From assembly GCA_031962025.1 (NCBI GenBank), contig JAVRKW010000022.1: a stretch of 11,750 bases of DNA. The stretch is one strand, 5' to 3'. Within the stretch, counting starts at the first letter, position 1. Every line of letters begins with the position of its first letter. Below the pieces are notes generated by a model. That model worked only from the letters and a program-made list of their open reading frames with translations. It was not told where the DNA came from and did not search any database. This stretch comes from Pseudothermotoga sp. (GTDB taxonomy: Bacteria > Thermotogota > Thermotogae > Thermotogales > DSM-5069). Made by a program: the position numbers and the translations under genes. This document shows positions 6,436 to 11,750 of the stretch, piece after piece.

Positions 6436-9059
6436 AGATCATTGTTGGACATAAAAATCCCGATTTTGATTGTTTTGCCTCATGCGTCGCGGCTAAAAAA
6501 CTTTATCCAGATTACACAATTGTGCTGAGTGGAACTCCTCAGCAGAATTTAGCTCAATATCTGGCGATATACGAAGAAAAGTATCCTTTTGCCACTGAAA
6601 AAGATCTGGCTGACCAGTCGGTAGAATCGATGATCGTGGTGGATACTGCTTCCAAGGAAAGATTAGGAACACAGATCCAGGCAATTGTTGAAAGCGTCCC
6701 AGATATTCTCGTTTTCGATCATCATCCGGATATAAAAGAGATATCCATCAGGGGTGAAAAAAGGATAGAAAGCGTTGGTGCAACGGTTACCATACTGCTC
6801 GAAGAGATAAGAAAGAGGAATATCCCAATCGATTCTATCGATGCAACTCTCTTTTCAATAGCCATATACGAAGATACGGGAAATTTACTCTACACAACTA
6901 CCACTGTGCGGGATATTGAAGCAGTCAAATATTTGCTGCAAAAGGGATCAAATCTGATCGAAGTATCGGATTTCATAAAATATGATCTTAATTACGATCA
7001 GAAATTGATTTTTGAATCGCTTTTGTCCAACTTGGAGACAATGCAGATCGATGGAGCTACGGTCAGTATCAGCACTGCTGAAACAGACAAATTCGTCGGT
7101 GGTTTGAATGCCGTAACAAGCAAACTCTGGTATTTAGAAGGGACAGAAACCCTTATATGCATCATAAGAACCGGTAAGAAAACTCATGTCATTGGAAGAA
7201 CATCTTCAAACGACGTGGACATAGGCGGTATGATAACGGAGCTGGGTGGTGGCGGTCATAGAAAAGCTGCAAGCTGTACGCTGAATACCAGCGATGTTGC
7301 TGAGGTCAAAAGGATTATCTTAGAGACTCTCAAGAGGTTCTTAAACAAAGGTCTGCGTGCAAAGGATATGATGTCCTTTCCCGTGAGAGTGGCTTATGCT
7401 GAAATGAGCATTGGTGAAGTCAACAAAATCATGGAGAGAACCGGTCACAACGGACTGCCTGTAATCGAGGGGAACAAATTAGTCGGGATCGTCACAAAGA
7501 AAGCCGTCGATAAAGCAATGAACCATGGCTTGCAAAATGCACCGATCAAATCCATCATGTCCAGCAAACTGATAGTCGTCACACCAGAAACCCCCGTGAA
7601 CAAAGTGAGACAGATCATGATAGAAAACGATATTGGTCGAATACCAGTCGTTGAGCATGGAATTTTGGTTGGAATAATTACCAGAACCGATGTGATGAGA
7701 TCGAGTTTTTCAGATGTTGCCCGTCCAGTGAGAAAAGCAATCCATCAAAACACTCAGATGGCTTTCATCGATGTGCGAAATCTGTTGATGATGAGTTTAC
7801 CCAAGAAGATCATCGATTTACTCAAGCAACTGGGGCAGTACGGTGATGATATCAACCTTCCCGTTTACATAGTCGGCGGTTTTGTGAGAGATTTACTCAT
7901 GGGCAATCCGAATTACGACATGGACATAGTTGTTGAAAGAGATGGTCTTGGTTTTGCCAGTTATGCAGCCGAGAAACTCGCGGCGAAATTGGTGAAATAC
8001 GAGAAATTTCTCACCGCTTCAATGTTTTTGAAAGACGGAATGAGGATAGACGTGGCAACTGCTCGAACTGAGTACTACCAGGCTCCCACAGAACTGCCAC
8101 AGGTTGAAGTTAGCACGATAAAAAAGGATCTGTATCGAAGGGACTTCACCATAAACGCTATGGCAATAAAACTCAATTCAAAAGATTTCGGTACGCTGAT
8201 AGATTTCTTTGGAGCAAAAAAAGATCTGGAAGATAAACTCATAAGGTGTCTTCACACACTGAGTTTCATAGAAGATCCAACCAGGATACTTAGAGCAGTG
8301 AGGTTCGAAACGCGTTTTGGTTTCAAGATCGAATTGCAGACAGCCCAGCTCATGACACAGGCAGTACAGCAGGGTTATTTGGAAAAGGTCACAGGTCCAA
8401 GACTCAGACAGGAATTCGAAAAAATACTGGATGAGAGAAATCCAATACAGGCTCTCAAAAGACTATCCGATTTTGAGGTTCTCAAACACATGTTTCCCGG
8501 AGTCTTTTACACAACAACAATGGAAGAAAAACTGAGGTCACTTTTTGATTTTCTCCCATGGGCTGAAAGCTTCTTCAAAAAGGTCAGCAGGTTTTACTGC
8601 GTGATGTTTGTTTTTCTGGAATATCACGGTGATACGGCACTGGAACAGATAAAGGAAAGGTATGGTCTGTCATCTTCGTTCATCGATGAACTGAAAATGG
8701 TGAAAAAAATGATCGTACCACTTTCAAAAGTTGTTCTGATGAGATTGAATTTCTCTGATATACACAGAGTCACCCAGGGATTTTCACCACAAGCGTACTG
8801 TTATCTGGCATCTTATCTTGATGTGGAATCTCAGGAATATCTCAAACAGTACCTGGAAAAATCGAGGCAGACCAAACTCAGAATCAACGGAGATTTTCTC
8901 ACAAAAAACTTTGGTCTAAATCCGGGAAAGACCGTCGGTGATATACTCGAAAAACTTTACTGTGCAAAACTCGATGGAGTAATCACCGACGATCAGGAAG
9001 AAGAATTCGCAAAAAAGTTAATCAGCGAGAGTGCTTTTTCAAAAGTTCCTGAACAATGA
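6432..9059 (+). CDS. cca: tRNA nucleotidyltransferase (class II, CCA- or A-adding) fused to N-terminal DHH/DHHA1 phosphoesterase and tandem CBS domains
   Basis: DHH motifs GHKNPDFD, VVDT, DHH and EDTG; DHHA1 motif GGGGHRKAAS; two CBS repeats; nucleotidyltransferase motifs VGGFVRDLL..DMDIVV, DLYRRDFTINAMA and EDPTRILRAVRF. TTG start at 6432 follows SD AGGAGG (6418-6423) and overlaps the upstream TGA, giving 875 aa. Confidence 0.9.
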   Translation: MKIIVGHKNPDFDCFASCVAAKKLYPDYTIVLSGTPQQNLAQYLAIYEEKYPFATEKDLADQSVESMIVVDTASKERLGTQIQAIVESVPDILVFDHHPDIKEISIRGEKRIESVGATVTILLEEIRKRNIPIDSIDATLFSIAIYEDTGNLLYTTTTVRDIEAVKYLLQKGSNLIEVSDFIKYDLNYDQKLIFESLLSNLETMQIDGATVSISTAETDKFVGGLNAVTSKLWYLEGTETLICIIRTGKKTHVIGRTSSNDVDIGGMITELGGGGHRKAASCTLNTSDVAEVKRIILETLKRFLNKGLRAKDMMSFPVRVAYAEMSIGEVNKIMERTGHNGLPVIEGNKLVGIVTKKAVDKAMNHGLQNAPIKSIMSSKLIVVTPETPVNKVRQIMIENDIGRIPVVEHGILVGIITRTDVMRSSFSDVARPVRKAIHQNTQMAFIDVRNLLMMSLPKKIIDLLKQLGQYGDDINLPVYIVGGFVRDLLMGNPNYDMDIVVERDGLGFASYAAEKLAAKLVKYEKFLTASMFLKDGMRIDVATARTEYYQAPTELPQVEVSTIKKDLYRRDFTINAMAIKLNSKDFGTLIDFFGAKKDLEDKLIRCLHTLSFIEDPTRILRAVRFETRFGFKIELQTAQLMTQAVQQGYLEKVTGPRLRQEFEKILDERNPIQALKRLSDFEVLKHMFPGVFYTTTMEEKLRSLFDFLPWAESFFKKVSRFYCVMFVFLEYHGDTALEQIKERYGLSSSFIDELKMVKKMIVPLSKVVLMRLNFSDIHRVTQGFSPQAYCYLASYLDVESQEYLKQYLEKSRQTKLRINGDFLTKNFGLNPGKTVGDILEKLYCAKLDGVITDDQEEEFAKKLISESAFSKVPEQ

Positions 9060-9768
9060 AATTGGCAACATCACTTGGAGTTGTACCAGCACCAAAGCCG
9101 GCATCATACCCAAGTTCTAAGGCAAGTTCATGGGTGATTCTCGGTCCTCCAACTATTACCAGAAGATCATCCCTCAAACCTTCGGCATACAAAAGATCCA
9201 TGAGTTCTGTTAAGTGCTTTATGTGAACATTTCGCTGGGTAACAACCTGCGATACAAGCACCACGTCAGCATCAACTTCACGTACTTTTCTGACCAGATC
9301 AACAGGCGAAACCTGAGCACCCATGTTGTAAACTTTGAAGGCATGGTATCTCTCAAGTCCATAATCACCGTGGAAACCCTTCATATTGAGTATTGAATCA
9401 AGACCAACTGTGTGTGCATCTGTTCCTATGGTCGCACCAACTACAACTATCTTTCTTTTGAATTCTTTTTCCACAAGTTCATCAAGCTGTTCGCGTGTCA
9501 TTTTTCTGAATTTCGGAGCAATAACTTTTATAGTGGAAGCATCAATAGACACAGACGTCTTGCCATAAATCACAAAGAACGTGAAATTTTCTCCCAAATC
9601 TTCCATCGTCGCTATAATTACATCTTGAAAGCCCAGTTTTTCACAAAAACGTTTTGCCGCCTCACGTGCAAGTGGACCGCACTCCAATGGTAAAGTGAAT
9701 GAGAGTTGAACGGCACCATCTCCCAGTTGATCTCCATAAGGTCTTATATTTCTCAGGTCTACATTCAT
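9022..9768 (-). CDS. kamE: Lysine 5,6-aminomutase beta subunit (cobalamin-binding)
   Basis: N-terminal IRPYGD...DGAVQLSFTLP dimerisation domain, B12 motif DAHTVG, PLP-lysine motif NMKG..G.YGLE, and VSQVVTQ and GGPRITHELA.ELGYDAGFG. ATGA overlap with kamD. Confidence 0.95.
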   Translation of the reverse strand: MNVDLRNIRPYGDQLGDGAVQLSFTLPLECGPLAREAAKRFCEKLGFQDVIIATMEDLGENFTFFVIYGKTSVSIDASTIKVIAPKFRKMTREQLDELVEKEFKRKIVVVGATIGTDAHTVGLDSILNMKGFHGDYGLERYHAFKVYNMGAQVSPVDLVRKVREVDADVVLVSQVVTQRNVHIKHLTELMDLLYAEGLRDDLLVIVGGPRITHELALELGYDAGFGAGTTPSDVANFIVQELLKKHSR

Positions 9769-11330
9769 CCTCTCACCCCCAGTCGCTTTTCCAGTTCATC
9801 CTGTATGGGATTCACGTAGTTTTCTGACTTTTTAAAGACACCTTCTAAACCCTTCCCTCCGTCTCTTTTGCGCGAAATATCGGCAAATTGACCTTCCTCT
9901 ATTGCCCTGAGTAAACCAACTTCTCTGGTATGTTCAAGCAAATTCACTGCTTGACTGAGAACCTGATTTGCACGTTTTTCAATAAAACCATCTTTTTTGA
10001 AGATTATCTCCCGACCGAGGTGGCGGGCATTGTTGAAAACGTAATTGGCATTTACCAGTGCAAGGTATCTATCGTGCAGATACGGTGTATGTATAGCCTC
10101 GGTGAGAATTCCCAGTAGCTGTATTCCCTGTCCCGTCATCACTGAAACGAGATTGAACAGTGTTTCCATCGCATAGCCTTTGAAAATATTTCCAGTCATG
10201 AATTTTGTCGGTGGCATGTATTTGATGGGATAATCTGCAAAAAGTTCCCTTGCCAGCATTGCATGGGCTATTTCGTACAAAAGGCCGTCCTCGATATCTG
10301 GATTTATCTCAAAGGCGTGTCCCAATCCCATCAACCTCGGTTTCATACCGGCTTTAAGGGCGAACTGTTCATTGATCAACTGCGATGCAGTTACGGTATG
10401 AGCTTTCTCTATAGCGTCTGCTGTTGTAAGATAATTATCTTCACCGGTGTTTATCGTTATACCTGAAAAAGCACACAAAAGCCTTGACATATATTGATCT
10501 GTAAAGGTTCTTATCATATTTATATCTCTGAACAAGATACCGTACATCGCGTCATTCAAGAGTATGTCGAGCCCTTCCATAGCGGCAATCGCAGCGATTT
10601 CCGGCATGCAGAGACCCGATGCATAGTTAACCTGTCTTATGTATCTTTTGACCTTCTTTGCGACGTCATCAAGAGCCTGCCTCATGATCCTGAAATTTTC
10701 CTGAGTGGCATAGGTCCCCCCGTATCCTTCTGTCGTTGCGCCGTATGGAACATAATCGAGCAAACTCTGTGCCGTAGATCTTATAACAGCGATGATATCA
10801 GCACCCTGGTGTACAGCGGCTCTTGCCTGCACTACATCTTCATAGATATTTCCCGTTGCAACAATCAGGTATTTATACGGTTGAGGTGGGTCGCCCAATT
10901 CCTTTAAGAGATTTTCTCTTTCCTGGCTTTTTTTCTCTATTTTTTCAAGCGCTTGCTTCGATAGTTCCTCCATTTTGACGCTGATTTTTTCATTTGACAC
11001 GTACGGTAGAGATCTGAGGTCCAGTCCGTTGGCTATCGCTTCTGCCACTTCCTGCGCACTTTTGTCAAGCACAATCATTGCATTGACAATTGGCCTTGCA
11101 ACTCCATCTTGAAGCATCTCCCACTCTTTGATTTTGTCCACCACCACGTTTACCAATGGAATTTGATCATCTGTGACTCCGTCCACCCCAAAAAGTCTGA
11201 GAACAGCTCTTTCTACTGAAACCGTAGAATGCTGGTTGATCATTTCTTGAATCTGATCTGTTATTTCCTTCGCCAATTCTCTTGCATACTCAACCAGCTT
11301 TTTATCAAGCGTAATACCCGGGCGATCCAC
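9765..11330 (-). CDS. kamD: Lysine 5,6-aminomutase alpha subunit (PLP TIM barrel)
   Basis: STVSVERAVLRLFGVDG, IVATGNIYEDV.QA, AVIRSTAQSLLDYVPYGATTEG.GGTYATQENFR, NYASGLCMPEIA, NTGEDNY and KYMPPTKFMTG. GTG start with SD GGAGG at 11338-11342. Confidence 0.96.
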   Translation of the reverse strand: MDRPGITLDKKLVEYARELAKEITDQIQEMINQHSTVSVERAVLRLFGVDGVTDDQIPLVNVVVDKIKEWEMLQDGVARPIVNAMIVLDKSAQEVAEAIANGLDLRSLPYVSNEKISVKMEELSKQALEKIEKKSQERENLLKELGDPPQPYKYLIVATGNIYEDVVQARAAVHQGADIIAVIRSTAQSLLDYVPYGATTEGYGGTYATQENFRIMRQALDDVAKKVKRYIRQVNYASGLCMPEIAAIAAMEGLDILLNDAMYGILFRDINMIRTFTDQYMSRLLCAFSGITINTGEDNYLTTADAIEKAHTVTASQLINEQFALKAGMKPRLMGLGHAFEINPDIEDGLLYEIAHAMLARELFADYPIKYMPPTKFMTGNIFKGYAMETLFNLVSVMTGQGIQLLGILTEAIHTPYLHDRYLALVNANYVFNNARHLGREIIFKKDGFIEKRANQVLSQAVNLLEHTREVGLLRAIEEGQFADISRKRDGGKGLEGVFKKSENYVNPIQDELEKRLGVRG

Positions 11331-11399
11331 ACAACCACCTCCATAAAAATCCTACCATACCGTCTTATAAACCAAAAAGTTACACACACTTAAAAATAT

Positions 11400-11660
11400 A
11401 TGCACTGCACAGGTTTCAGGACAGGCGATATGGTCAAAGAGTCCCTATTGACACCTTATGAAGTTCTTGTTGCAAGAGTTATCAAAGATCTGGATGCATT
11501 GATAAAAGCTGGCTTTACGACTGTGGGAGATGCAGGGGGAGCAATTGCAGTTAATATAAAAAAGGCAGTTGAAGAAGGAACAATAACTGGACCAAGGATA
11601 TCGGCAGCCGGTTACAAAAAAAAACAAGCCAGAAAGCACATTCCATTTATGGGATTGTGA
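11400..11660 (+). pseudogene. Remnant of a metal-dependent amidohydrolase (Xaa-Pro dipeptidase/imidazolonepropionase-like)
   Basis: AGFTTVGDAGG and G.ITGPRISAAG are typical amidohydrolase segments. The frame has an upstream in-frame TAA, an incomplete HxH metal motif (MHCTG) and no SD. It loses resemblance at an A9 run (11616-11624) and covers about 70 aa of a normally roughly 400-aa protein. Confidence 0.7.
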
Positions 11661-11750
11661 TGAATGGCTTAAGTTAGTCTGGTGATGAATGTGTATAATA
11701 AAAGTAGCAAGAAGTCTCATAGAAGAGTTGAAACGGTGACAAAAGCTGAA

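Noticed and set aside
3973..6684. Shadow ORFs within the SBP, DUF62 and cca genes
   Set aside because: They are fully nested in well-supported CDSs and have no domain signatures.
9214..10907. Plus-strand ORFs antisense to kamE and kamD
   Set aside because: Shadow frames of conserved genes with no supporting motifs.
11445..11720. Minus-strand 91-aa ORF, and a plus-strand TATAAT at 11694-11699
   Set aside because: The ORF is antisense to the amidohydrolase relic and has atypical composition. The -10 lacks a properly spaced -35 or TGn and its target gene would lie outside the window.

Overview
This is an ordinary-looking chromosomal window from an anaerobic bacterium, inferred to be Thermotogota from gene content and protein style. 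The minus strand carries a stand-alone multi-Fe-S [FeFe]-hydrogenase catalytic subunit with a Rex-like operator, a tRNA-Arg(CCT)/tRNA-Lys(CTT)/L20-leader/infC-rpmI-rplT unit, and an orphan family-5 ABC solute-binding protein. The plus strand carries a translationally coupled pair: a DUF62 SAM hydrolase-family gene and a DHH-DHHA1-CBS-nucleotidyltransferase (CCA/A-adding) fusion. That pair overlaps convergently with kamD-kamE (B12/PLP-dependent lysine 5,6-aminomutase). An amidohydrolase remnant lies near the right end. I found no mobile element or CRISPR array and no clearly new system. The most interesting signals are the tRNA/L20-attenuator fusion with an AUA infC start, the Rex box on the hydrogenase, and the DUF62-CCA coupling.
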